A stretch of 33,186 bases of DNA from assembly GCA_044866005.1 (NCBI GenBank), contig JBIOTN010000020.1, positions 1-33,186 of the forward strand, read 5' to 3'. Under the pieces are notes generated by a model. That model ran no database searches. It saw nothing but the letters and a program-made list of their open reading frames with translations, and was not told the DNA's origin. A program made the position numbers and the translations under genes. The stretch's first letter is position 1; the number at the start of each line of letters is the position of its first letter. Positions 8,507-16,906 of the stretch are shown piece by piece. This DNA is from Candidatus Rokuibacteriota bacterium. GTDB lineage: Bacteria; Methylomirabilota; Methylomirabilia; Rokubacteriales; DASRDR01.

Positions 8507-10111
8507 CTACTGCACCTGCACCGTGTTGAACCGCTCGTCGTCGAGCGGGCTCGGGACGTAGCCCTTCACCTTCTTGGAGAAGCCGAGCGGCGGCTCGTTG
8601 TTGGCGATGAAGATCCGGGCCACGTCGTCGTGGATCATCTGCTCGGCCTGGCGGTAGAGCCTGGCCCGCTCCGACTGGTTGGTCAGCGACTGCGCCCGGA
8701 GCAGGAGGTCGGCGAGCGGCTTGTTCGAGTAGAAGGCCTCGCGCGAGGCGCCCGGCGAGCAGAAGAAGTAGCAGATGAAGTTGTCGGGGTCGCCGTTGTC
8801 GCCGGTCCACCCCAGCATGTAGATGGGAAGCTGGCCGTTCTTCCGCTTGTCCAGGTAGTTCGCCCACTCCACCGTCTGGAGCTGCGCCTTGATGCCGACC
8901 TTGGCCAGGTCGGCCGCGATGGCCTCGCCGATCTCCTTGGGGTTCGGGAAGTACGGGCGCGATCGCGACATGTACCAGAAGACGAGCGGCTCCTTCTTCC
9001 CGTCCTCCCAGGTGATCTCGCTGAACCCGCCGGGGAAGCCGGCCTGCTTGAGCAGGTCCTGGGCCTTCGCGGTGCTGTACTCGTAGTCCTTGAGCTCCTT
9101 GTTGTAGCCCCACATGGGCGGGGGCTGGAACTGGGTCGCCACGAGCCCCGTCCCACCGTAGAGGGCGTCCACGATCGCCTTCTTATTGATGGCGTGGGCG
9201 ATGGCCTCCCGGACGCGCTTGTTCTGGAACTCCTTCACCTTGTAGTTGAAGGCCACGTAGCCGGTAGTGTTGGTCGGCCGCCTCAGGACGTAGAGGCTCT
9301 GGTCGGCCATCACGACCTTGAGGTCGTCGGGGTTGATCCCCTCGATGGCGTGGACCTCGCCCGCCTTGAGCGCCGCCAGGCGCTGGGAGTTGTCCTTGAT
9401 GTTCCGGACGACCGCGCGCTTGACCTTCGGCTTGGCGCCCCAGTAATCGGGGTTCGCTTCCAGGACGACCTCCTGGTTCGGCTTCCACTCCACGAACTTG
9501 AAGGCGCCCGTGCCGACCGGGTGCTTGCCGAACTCGGTCCCCCACTTCTCGACCGCCTTGGGGCTGGCGATGGCGAAGGGGAACATGGCCACGTTCTGCA
9601 GGAACGGCGCCTGGGGCTGCTTCAAGGTCACGCGGACTGCGTGGGAGCCCACCGCCTCCACCCGGGAGATGATGGACTTGTCGTCGAAGCCGCCGAACTG
9701 GCCCTCGAAGTACTCGAAGGTCTGGCCGGCCTTGAGCTGGTCGGCGTGCTGGGGGTGGGTCGCCTTCATCCAGCGCTCGAAGTTCCAGACGACGGCCTTG
9801 GCGTCGAACGGCTCGCCATCGTGGAACTTCACGTTCTTGCGGAGCTGGAGCGTCCAGACCTTTCCGTCGGCCGAGGCCTCCGCCTTCTCCGCGAGGGCCG
9901 GCTGGACCTCGGTCGACCCGGGCTTGAACTCGTAGAGCGTGTCGAAGACCTGCCGGGTGATCTTCGCGGAGATGCCGTCGGTGATGACGGCCGGATCGAA
10001 CTGGACCGGCTCGCCCTGCGCGCCGAAGACGAACGTCTGGGCGAGGGCGGGGGTCGCCGCGCCGAGCAGCAGGCTCGCGGCGACGATGAGGGCCACTCTG
10101 CAAAGCCGCAT
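8507..10111 (-). CDS. dppA: Peptide ABC transporter substrate-binding protein (family 5, DppA-like)
   Basis: Signal peptide MRLCRVALIVAASLLLGAATPALA after an AGGAGGGAGG RBS. LRKNVKFHDG, PVGTGAFKF, WTGDNGDPDNF motifs. Confidence 0.93.
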   Translation of the reverse strand: MRLCRVALIVAASLLLGAATPALAQTFVFGAQGEPVQFDPAVITDGISAKITRQVFDTLYEFKPGSTEVQPALAEKAEASADGKVWTLQLRKNVKFHDGEPFDAKAVVWNFERWMKATHPQHADQLKAGQTFEYFEGQFGGFDDKSIISRVEAVGSHAVRVTLKQPQAPFLQNVAMFPFAIASPKAVEKWGTEFGKHPVGTGAFKFVEWKPNQEVVLEANPDYWGAKPKVKRAVVRNIKDNSQRLAALKAGEVHAIEGINPDDLKVVMADQSLYVLRRPTNTTGYVAFNYKVKEFQNKRVREAIAHAINKKAIVDALYGGTGLVATQFQPPPMWGYNKELKDYEYSTAKAQDLLKQAGFPGGFSEITWEDGKKEPLVFWYMSRSRPYFPNPKEIGEAIAADLAKVGIKAQLQTVEWANYLDKRKNGQLPIYMLGWTGDNGDPDNFICYFFCSPGASREAFYSNKPLADLLLRAQSLTNQSERARLYRQAEQMIHDDVARIFIANNEPPLGFSKKVKGYVPSPLDDERFNTVQVQ

Positions 10112-10145
10112 GGGGGCCTCCCTCCTGTGAGCGAGTGGAATGGGA

Positions 10146-12248
10146 TCAGACACGGAGACCGGTCCCGACGCGGCCGTCGAGCTGCCGTCCGAGCTCCGCC
10201 GGGTCGGTGGTCGGGGCCTGGCACGCGTACCGCTCGCAGACGTACGCCGTCGGCTGACCGTCGCGCGCGCGCTTGCCCTCGAGGAGCGGGAGCCCCGCCG
10301 TCTCGCCCTGGGGGGCCCCTGCGAGCACACGCGTCGGCAGGTAGCGGCGGAAGACCTCGCGGAGGAGCGGCAGGCGCGTCGGGTCGTCCGTCGGGCGCGG
10401 CCACAGGACCGCCACCTCGACCGCCGGGCCGAGGTGGAAGTCGAGCGCCGCGAGGAAGCGCCCGAAGCCGGACGGGTATCGCGTCATCAGCGGCGCCACG
10501 GGACGGATCGCGGCGAGGCCGATGCGCTCGTAGGAGGCCTCGCCGGTCAGGACCGCCAGCCGGAAGAGCACGTCGGCCGCGACCGACGTCCCCGAGGGCA
10601 CCGCGGAGTCGAACAGGTTGCGGGGCCGGACGATCAGGGTCTCGTGGTCGCTCCCGGTGTCGAAGAAGGCCTCCGTCGCCGGGTCCCAGAAGAGCCGCAG
10701 CATCGCGTCCGCGACCTCGCGGCCGGCATCGAGCCACCGGCGGTCGAACGTCGCCTCGTAGAGGGCGAGGAGCCCGTCGGCGACCATGGCGTGGTCCTCG
10801 AGGTAGCCGAGGAGCTTCGCCTGCCCCGCCTTCCACGTCCGGAGGAGCCGGCCCTCCGGGCGGAGGGCCCCGAGGACGAAGGCCGCGTTCCGCTCGGCGA
10901 CACGCCGGTAGTCGGGACGCTCCAGGACCGAGGCGGCCTCGGCGAAGGCCCGCAGCATCATGCCGTTCCAGCCGGCGAGCACCTTCTCGTCGCGTTCCGG
11001 CTTCACCCGCCGCTCGCGGGCCTCGACGAGCTTCCGTCGGGCCCGGCCGAGGAGCCGGTCCATCTCCTCACGGCCGAGCCCCAGCGCGCCGGCGACCCCG
11101 TCGGGGTCCCGGGGGACGTGGAGGATGCTCCGCCCTTCGAAGTTCGGGCCCTCCGCCAGACCCCAGTAGGCGACCGCGACCCGGGCCTCCTCGGGGTCGA
11201 GCAGCTCGCGGAGCTCCGCCTCGCGCCAGAGGAAGAACTTCCCTTCCTCGCCTTCGGAGTCGGCGTCCTGGGTCGAATAGAAGCCGCCCGCGGCGTCCGT
11301 CATCTCCCGCGCGACGTAGTCGAGCGTCTCGGCGGCGATGCGACGGTACTCGGGATCGCCGGTCGCCTGCCAGGCGTGGAGGTAGAGGAGGACGAGCTGC
11401 CCCTGGTCGTAGAGCATCTTCTCGAAGTGCGGGACGAGCCAGACCTGGTCCACGGCGTAGCGGTGGAAGCCCCCGCCGAGCTGGTCGTAGATCCCGCCGC
11501 GCGCCATGCGGGTCAGCGTGAGGCGGACGATGGCGAGGGCGTCGGGCGAGCCGGTCCGGCGCCAGTAGCGGAGGAGAAAGTCGTAGGTCATGGGCTGGGG
11601 GAACTTCGGCGCCCGTCCGAGCCCCCCGTGCTCCCGGTCGGCCTCGGCCGAGAGCCGCTGGAAGGCGCCGTCGAGGACGTCCCGCGTGAGGAGGTCTCCC
11701 CCGGCGCGGACCCGCTCGCTCTGGCGGAGCTGGTCCATGAGCTGACGGCCCGCCTCGTCCACGCGGTCGCGCTCCTGCCGGTACACCTCGGCGATCGACT
11801 GGAGGACGCGCGGGAAGCCCGGCAACCCCTGGCGGTCGCTCGGCGGGAAGTAGGTCCCGCCGTAGAACGGCACGCCCTCCGGCGTGAGGAACACGGTCAT
11901 CGGCCAGCCGCCGTGGCCGGTCATGGACTGGACGGCCTGCATGTAGATGGCGTCGACGTCCGGCCGCTCCTCGCGGTCGACCTTGACGTTGACGAAGTTC
12001 TCGTTCATGAGGCGCGCGATCGCGGGATCCTCGAACGACTCGCGCTCCATCACGTGGCACCAGTGGCAGGCGGAGTAGCCGACCGAGAGCAGGACCGGCT
12101 TCCCCTCGGCGCGCGCCCGGGCGAAGGCCTCCTCGCCCCAGGGGTACCAGTCCACGGGGTTGTACTGGTGCTGGAGCAGGTAGGGGCTCGTCTCCCGGCC
12201 CAGGCGGTTCGGGGCGCGGTCGGCCGATCGCGTGTCGGTGGCCATCAC
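10146..12248 (-). CDS. YyaL/SSP411 (SPATA20)-family thioredoxin + alpha/alpha-barrel protein
   Basis: [69 protein letters not shown] motifs. Confidence 0.95.
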   Translation of the reverse strand: MMATDTRSADRAPNRLGRETSPYLLQHQYNPVDWYPWGEEAFARARAEGKPVLLSVGYSACHWCHVMERESFEDPAIARLMNENFVNVKVDREERPDVDAIYMQAVQSMTGHGGWPMTVFLTPEGVPFYGGTYFPPSDRQGLPGFPRVLQSIAEVYRQERDRVDEAGRQLMDQLRQSERVRAGGDLLTRDVLDGAFQRLSAEADREHGGLGRAPKFPQPMTYDFLLRYWRRTGSPDALAIVRLTLTRMARGGIYDQLGGGFHRYAVDQVWLVPHFEKMLYDQGQLVLLYLHAWQATGDPEYRRIAAETLDYVAREMTDAAGGFYSTQDADSEGEEGKFFLWREAELRELLDPEEARVAVAYWGLAEGPNFEGRSILHVPRDPDGVAGALGLGREEMDRLLGRARRKLVEARERRVKPERDEKVLAGWNGMMLRAFAEAASVLERPDYRRVAERNAAFVLGALRPEGRLLRTWKAGQAKLLGYLEDHAMVADGLLALYEATFDRRWLDAGREVADAMLRLFWDPATEAFFDTGSDHETLIVRPRNLFDSAVPSGTSVAADVLFRLAVLTGEASYERIGLAAIRPVAPLMTRYPSGFGRFLAALDFHLGPAVEVAVLWPRPTDDPTRLPLLREVFRRYLPTRVLAGAPQGETAGLPLLEGKRARDGQPTAYVCERYACQAPTTDPAELGRQLDGRVGTGLRV

Positions 12249-13333
12249 GGCTCCGCCGCGGCCCGCCGGTAGAACGGCAGCTCGGCGACCTCCGCGCTCA
12301 GCGCGCCGGCCGCCTCCCCGACCTCGACCCGCGTCCCCGGCTGCCAGTGCTCGCGCCGGAGGAAGCCGAGCGCCACGCCGCGCCCCCGCGCGGGCGAGAC
12401 CACGGCGCTCGTGATCCGCCCGACCTCTCGCCCCTCGACCGACACGGCGGCGCCCCGCGCGGGGACGCGCTGGTCGGGGAAGAGGAAGCCGACGATCTTC
12501 CGGTTGACGTGCCCGCGATAGGTCACGCGGGCGACGACCTCCTGGCCGACGTAACAGCCCTTCGTCAGCGAGTACGCCTGCTCGAGGGGGGCCTCGAGCA
12601 GCAGGGTCGAGGCATCGACGTCCACGCCGTACCAGACGACGCCGGCCTCGACGCGGAGGACGTTCCAGGCTTCCCGGCCGACCGGCCGGGCACCGGCCGC
12701 GAGCGCGCGCTCCCAGAGTCGCGCGAGCCCGTCCGTCCGGACCCAGAGGTCGTAGCCCTCTTCCCCGGTCTCGCCGGTCCGGACGATCCGGACGTCGAGC
12801 CCGCTGGCCGTCACGCGCGCGTGGTGCGCGAGCGGGAGGTCCGGGAGGGGCTGCTCCGCGAGCTTCTCCACCGCCGCGCGGGCCGCCGGGCCGGCCAGGC
12901 TCAGGATCCCCTCGGCCGTGCTGACGTCTTCGAACTCGACGCGCTCGGAGATGAGGAACCGGTCGAGCGCGGCGAGGGTCGGCGGGACCAGCGCGCGATC
13001 CATCTCGAGGAGGAGGCGGTCGGGGAGACAGTGGACCAGGAGCAGCGAGACGAGCTTGCCGTGCGGGTCGAGGAACGCCGCGGGGGCGCCCTGCCCCGGG
13101 GCGAGCGCCTTGACGTCGCTCGAGAGCATTCCGTGGAGGAACGAGACGCGGTCCCGGCCCGTCGCGGCGATCTTGCCGCGGTGCGAGCGGTCGAGGACGC
13201 CGACCCGCTCGCGGACGGACGCGTACTCCGCGCCCGGGTCGCCGTAGCTCGCCGGCACGAGGTAGCCGTCGACCTCGCCGAGATGGGCGCCGAGGCGGGC
13301 GTGCAGGTCGTGAAGGGGGAGTCGGTCAGCCAT
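12245..13333 (-). CDS. YgfZ/GcvT-family folate-binding aminomethyltransferase-like protein
   Basis: KGCYVGQE signature and GcvT fold motifs (G.D..SFLHGM, GEEGYDL, G.ITS). TGCTATAAT extended -10 at 13364-13372. Confidence 0.9.
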   Translation of the reverse strand: MADRLPLHDLHARLGAHLGEVDGYLVPASYGDPGAEYASVRERVGVLDRSHRGKIAATGRDRVSFLHGMLSSDVKALAPGQGAPAAFLDPHGKLVSLLLVHCLPDRLLLEMDRALVPPTLAALDRFLISERVEFEDVSTAEGILSLAGPAARAAVEKLAEQPLPDLPLAHHARVTASGLDVRIVRTGETGEEGYDLWVRTDGLARLWERALAAGARPVGREAWNVLRVEAGVVWYGVDVDASTLLLEAPLEQAYSLTKGCYVGQEVVARVTYRGHVNRKIVGFLFPDQRVPARGAAVSVEGREVGRITSAVVSPARGRGVALGFLRREHWQPGTRVEVGEAAGALSAEVAELPFYRRAAAEP

Positions 13334-13413
13334 GGTCGGGACCGAAGAATCCTACAGGTGGGCATTATAGCAGGGGCTTGCCTCGAGCCGCCACGCCGGC
13401 CCATGATCCTGCC

Positions 13414-13953
13414 ATGGCCCAGGGGCTCGACGACACCGGTCGCGCGGCGCTCGCCCTCGCGCGCGAAGGGGTCGAGCGCTACCTGCTCGCCGGGCACGTC
13501 GCCGAGCCGCCTCCGGACGTCCCGCCCGATCTGCGCGAGCGGAGCGGGGTCTTCGTCTCCCTCCGCGCCGGCGCGCGGCTCCGCGGCTGCATCGGCACGC
13601 TCGCCGCGAGCCGGCCCACCATCGCCCACGAGATCATCGCCTGCGCCATCGCCGCGGCCACGAGTGACCCGCGCTTCCGACCGGTCGGCGTGCACGAGCT
13701 CGCGGAGCTCGTCTACGAGGTGGACCTGGTCGGGCCGCTCGAGCCCGTGCCGGGCCTCGCCGACCTCGATCCCCGGCTCTACGGCGTCGTGGTGGAAGCC
13801 GAATGCGGCCGCGGCGTGCTCCTCCCGGCCCTCGACGGCGTCGACACTGCCGAGCAGCAGGTGGCCCTCGCGCGGCAGAAGGCCGCGTTACCGGCAGACG
13901 CCCCCGTGGTCCTCTATCGCTTCACCGTCCGCCGCTACGCGGCGGAGACGTAG
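13414..13953 (+). CDS. AMMECR1-domain protein (AmmeMemoRadiSam system protein A)
   Basis: GVFVSL, LRGCIGT, AATSDPRF.PV, YGVVV, GVLLP, QVALARQKA motifs. Confidence 0.92.
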   Translation: MAQGLDDTGRAALALAREGVERYLLAGHVAEPPPDVPPDLRERSGVFVSLRAGARLRGCIGTLAASRPTIAHEIIACAIAAATSDPRFRPVGVHELAELVYEVDLVGPLEPVPGLADLDPRLYGVVVEAECGRGVLLPALDGVDTAEQQVALARQKAALPADAPVVLYRFTVRRYAAET

Positions 13954-13984
13954 CGCGCCCGGGAACCGGCAGGGGCTCGGGCCC

Positions 13985-14368
13985 CTAGGGACACGGGGTC
14001 ACCGGCTTCGCGGGACACGGCGCGGGCGGCGCGGAGGGCGGCGGGCCGGGCTCGGGCGGCTTCGTCGTCGGCGGAGGCGCGGCCGCCGGCGTCGGCGGGC
14101 GGAAGTCCTGCTGGGCCGCGGGGGGCTGTTGCTTGTAGGGTGGCCACACGGGCGTGCCGGGCGGGGTCGCCGGTGGCACGTGCCGCCACGGGACGGCCGG
14201 CTCCTCCAGGGCGGAGAGCGCGAGGTCCACCGCCTCGTCGGTGCTGCGCGCCGCCGAGGCCGTCCCCTGCGCCCGTCCCCCTTCGGGCGCGAGCCCTACG
14301 AGAACCAGCGCCAGACCGAGCGCCCGGGCGACGCCCGCCACGCCCCGCCCCGGCGCCTCAATAGGCAT
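13985..14368 (-). CDS. Putative secreted Pro-rich protein, last gene of the rSAM operon
   Basis: Hydrophobic N-terminal signal-like segment (ALGLALVLVGLA..GRA/Q) and a Pro-rich body ending CPAKPVTPCP. Start overlaps the upstream gene's last 11 nt. Confidence 0.65.
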   Translation of the reverse strand: MPIEAPGRGVAGVARALGLALVLVGLAPEGGRAQGTASAARSTDEAVDLALSALEEPAVPWRHVPPATPPGTPVWPPYKQQPPAAQQDFRPPTPAAAPPPTTKPPEPGPPPSAPPAPCPAKPVTPCP

Positions 14369-15683
14369 AGCCGAGGCTCCCTCCCACGACCCACCGCTGG
14401 TACGTCAACGCCTCGTAGCTCGATCCCTCGTCGGTGAACGCGCAGTCGAGCTTGATGACGAAGCGCTGGCCGAGCCAGCGGGAGAGGCTGGCCGTCACCG
14501 CCCGCCGGTTGGTCCGCCGACGCACGGGCCCCTGGAAGCGGTGATAGGACTCATGGGTATACTCGGCGCCGATCGTGCCCTGGATGTCCAAGAGCAGGGG
14601 AACGACGCCGTCCACGGTCACCTTGTGCGCCTCGAAGTCGAAGTTCAGCCCGTCCGCCCGGTTTTCCTGGAACTCGTACCCCGCCCGCACCTGACCCTTC
14701 CGCTCCGAAAAGTACCACGTCAGCCCGAGCCCGACGGCGTGGTTGTCGGCGTCACGGGACGAGATCGCGCGGTCGAACCCCTCGTCCGCGAAATCGTCCT
14801 GGCTGTAGCGGTAGTAGAGCGCCGTCGTCGTCCTCGGCGTGAGGTCCAGCCGGCCCCCGACCGTCGCGACGTGGGACCGGCTGTAGCGGTCGCCGTCCAG
14901 CAGGACCCAGTCGAACGTGTACTTCATCGAGCCGGTCACCGAAAGGCCGCCGAGCGTCGTGTCCCGCTGAAGGGAGCCGCCGATCCGGTACGTCGAAAGG
15001 TCGAACCGATCGAAGGCCCGGTCCGGGTACTGCGCCTGGTAGGTCGACCCCTCGAGCCAGGCGAGCCAGCCGGGGACCCGGAGCACGCGGTACTCGCCCG
15101 ACAGGTACTCGAAGACACGGACGCCCGCGCGGTCCCCCTCGAAGAGCGTCCGGTTGCGGGGGGCGGCCGGGACATTCGAGTCGTACTGGACGCCCAGCGC
15201 GACGTACGCGGTGACCGGTGCCGGGGTGACGGGTTGCTGGAGCTGGCTCCGCTGCTGGCCGAGCGCCTCGAGGTACCGGCGGGCGGTGTCCCCGTAGAGC
15301 GATGACGGCTCGAGCTCGATGACCCGCCGGAAGCTCTGGGCCGCGAGGTCCGGCGCTCCCGCTTTGTAATAGGTCGTCGCCAGATGGAAGTGAAGCGCGG
15401 CGCCCCGGGGCTCGAGGGCGAGCGCCTGCTGGAAGGTCTGGATCGCGTCCCGGTAGCGTCCCAGCCGGTCCAGCGTCATGCCGAGGTACCGGAGGACCAG
15501 GACGTCCTTCGGGTCGGCCTCCGCCATCTTCTGGAGCTCGGCGAGGGCGACGTCGTAGCGCCGGGCCTTGAACGCCTGGCCCGCGGGCGTGTCCACCAGC
15601 GGCAGCGTCTGCCCCGCGGCATCGAGGGCGGCCAGCCACAGCAGCGCCGCGAGGAGCCCGACGCGCGCCGTGAGGCGGCTCAT
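14358..15683 (-). CDS. TPR-domain outer-membrane beta-barrel protein (Slam/DUF560-like)
   Basis: Sec signal peptide, about 3 TPR motifs (aa ~30-140), then amphipathic beta-strands starting YVALGVQYDSNV and ending in an aromatic C-terminus (GGSLGYAY*), as for BamA substrates. Confidence 0.8.
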   Translation of the reverse strand: MSRLTARVGLLAALLWLAALDAAGQTLPLVDTPAGQAFKARRYDVALAELQKMAEADPKDVLVLRYLGMTLDRLGRYRDAIQTFQQALALEPRGAALHFHLATTYYKAGAPDLAAQSFRRVIELEPSSLYGDTARRYLEALGQQRSQLQQPVTPAPVTAYVALGVQYDSNVPAAPRNRTLFEGDRAGVRVFEYLSGEYRVLRVPGWLAWLEGSTYQAQYPDRAFDRFDLSTYRIGGSLQRDTTLGGLSVTGSMKYTFDWVLLDGDRYSRSHVATVGGRLDLTPRTTTALYYRYSQDDFADEGFDRAISSRDADNHAVGLGLTWYFSERKGQVRAGYEFQENRADGLNFDFEAHKVTVDGVVPLLLDIQGTIGAEYTHESYHRFQGPVRRRTNRRAVTASLSRWLGQRFVIKLDCAFTDEGSSYEALTYQRWVVGGSLGYAY

Positions 15684-15721
15684 CGGACCTCGGTCCTCAC
15701 GCGTCTCCCGAGTCCCGGTCC

Positions 15722-16894
15722 CTACTGGATGGGCTGCCGCGGCGGCGTCGGCGCGGGCGCGCCGGGAGTCGGCGTCGTCGGCGGCCTCGGCGGCGTGATC
15801 GGCGTGGGCGTCGTCGCCGGCGGTCCCGGTGTCGTCGGCTTCACCCCCGGCGGCGGCGTCGCCGGCGGCGGCGAGGTCGGCGCTGTCGGCACGCCGGGCG
15901 CCGTCGGCGGTGCGGGCGACGGGACGCCCGGCTGCGTGGGAGGCCGAGGGGTTACCACGCCGCGCAGGTCACGCAACACCTCGCCCAGCGGTCGACCCGA
16001 TGGCGGCTGGGGCGCGCCGGGATCGAGCAATCCGCGTCCGCGCAGGGTCGTGCGGTTCCGGATCATCGACTCGATCTCGCCGAGGATGCCCGCGCCGAAC
16101 AGGTCTCGCAGCTCCCGGACGAACGGCTCACTGGCGTACCGATCGAGAAAGTCCCGGGGGTCCATCATGCCTTCCCAGTACGGGGCCATCCCGATGCGTG
16201 TCTGGTGGCCGCACGTATTCGCCGAGGGAGGGCTGCACGTGTTTCCGGGACATGCCTGCTCGCCGCACACGTTGCGCGAGCATGCGAGACCTTGACACGT
16301 TTCACGGGAGCAGGAATTTGTCCCCGAGCAGGATCCGTCGTCGCTCTGCCCGTTGCACATGTCCGAGCCGCACTCGTGGGTCGGTTGACAGGCCTGGCCG
16401 CCACAAAAGTTGTCCCCACAGATGTCGCCCGTGCATGCCTGGTCACAGATGTGTGCGTCGCCTCCGCACACGTGCCCAGGCGAGCAGGGGGCCTCGTCGA
16501 CGCACGAGTCGATACTGTAGCTCGGGCACGCTGCGCTGACGCCACCGAAGCCCTCGACGATCGTGCCCACGCGGGTCGCGATCCCCAGGTTGGCGAGGAT
16601 CTCGCCGATCATCTCGTTCACCAGCGCGTCCGTGCCGTAGGCCAGCTGGGTTCGCTGGTTCCTGAAGTCCCTGTCCGGGGCCGGGGTCGTCAGGGCTTCC
16701 CGCGAGATGCTCCTCCGCGCCTGGGCTTCCCCCGACGCCGGAGCCAGTATCCGCGCGCCGCCTCCGGCCAGCAGGGCGAGGAACGCGCCGTTCTCCAGGA
16801 GCTTCTTCAGAACCTCCCTGCGGGTGATGAAGTCCAGACCCGCGAGGCGCGCCCGAACCAGCTCGAGGATCCAGTCGCCGTCGTCGCGTGCCAT
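15722..16894 (-). CDS. Cys-rich putative radical SAM target protein with a Tat-like signal and a Pro/Thr tail
   Basis: TRREVLK at aa 24-30 followed by a hydrophobic stretch. All 19 Cys lie in aa 123-228, often Cx4C. Pro/Thr-rich at aa 315-390. AGGGGG RBS sits in the 12-nt gap after the rSAM stop. Confidence 0.85.
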   Translation of the reverse strand: MARDDGDWILELVRARLAGLDFITRREVLKKLLENGAFLALLAGGGARILAPASGEAQARRSISREALTTPAPDRDFRNQRTQLAYGTDALVNEMIGEILANLGIATRVGTIVEGFGGVSAACPSYSIDSCVDEAPCSPGHVCGGDAHICDQACTGDICGDNFCGGQACQPTHECGSDMCNGQSDDGSCSGTNSCSRETCQGLACSRNVCGEQACPGNTCSPPSANTCGHQTRIGMAPYWEGMMDPRDFLDRYASEPFVRELRDLFGAGILGEIESMIRNRTTLRGRGLLDPGAPQPPSGRPLGEVLRDLRGVVTPRPPTQPGVPSPAPPTAPGVPTAPTSPPPATPPPGVKPTTPGPPATTPTPITPPRPPTTPTPGAPAPTPPRQPIQ

Positions 16895-16906
16895 CGTCGG
16901 CCCCCT

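Noticed and set aside
148..12272. Long plus-strand ORFs (148-1962, 2485-4302, 8237-11521, 10140-12272 and similar)
   Set aside because: They are shadow frames opposite well-supported genes, Arg/Pro/Gly-rich and without motifs.
16211..16528. Multiheme cytochrome or ferredoxin interpretation of the Cys core
   Set aside because: There are no CxxCH or CxxCxxC motifs; the minimum spacing is Cx3C.
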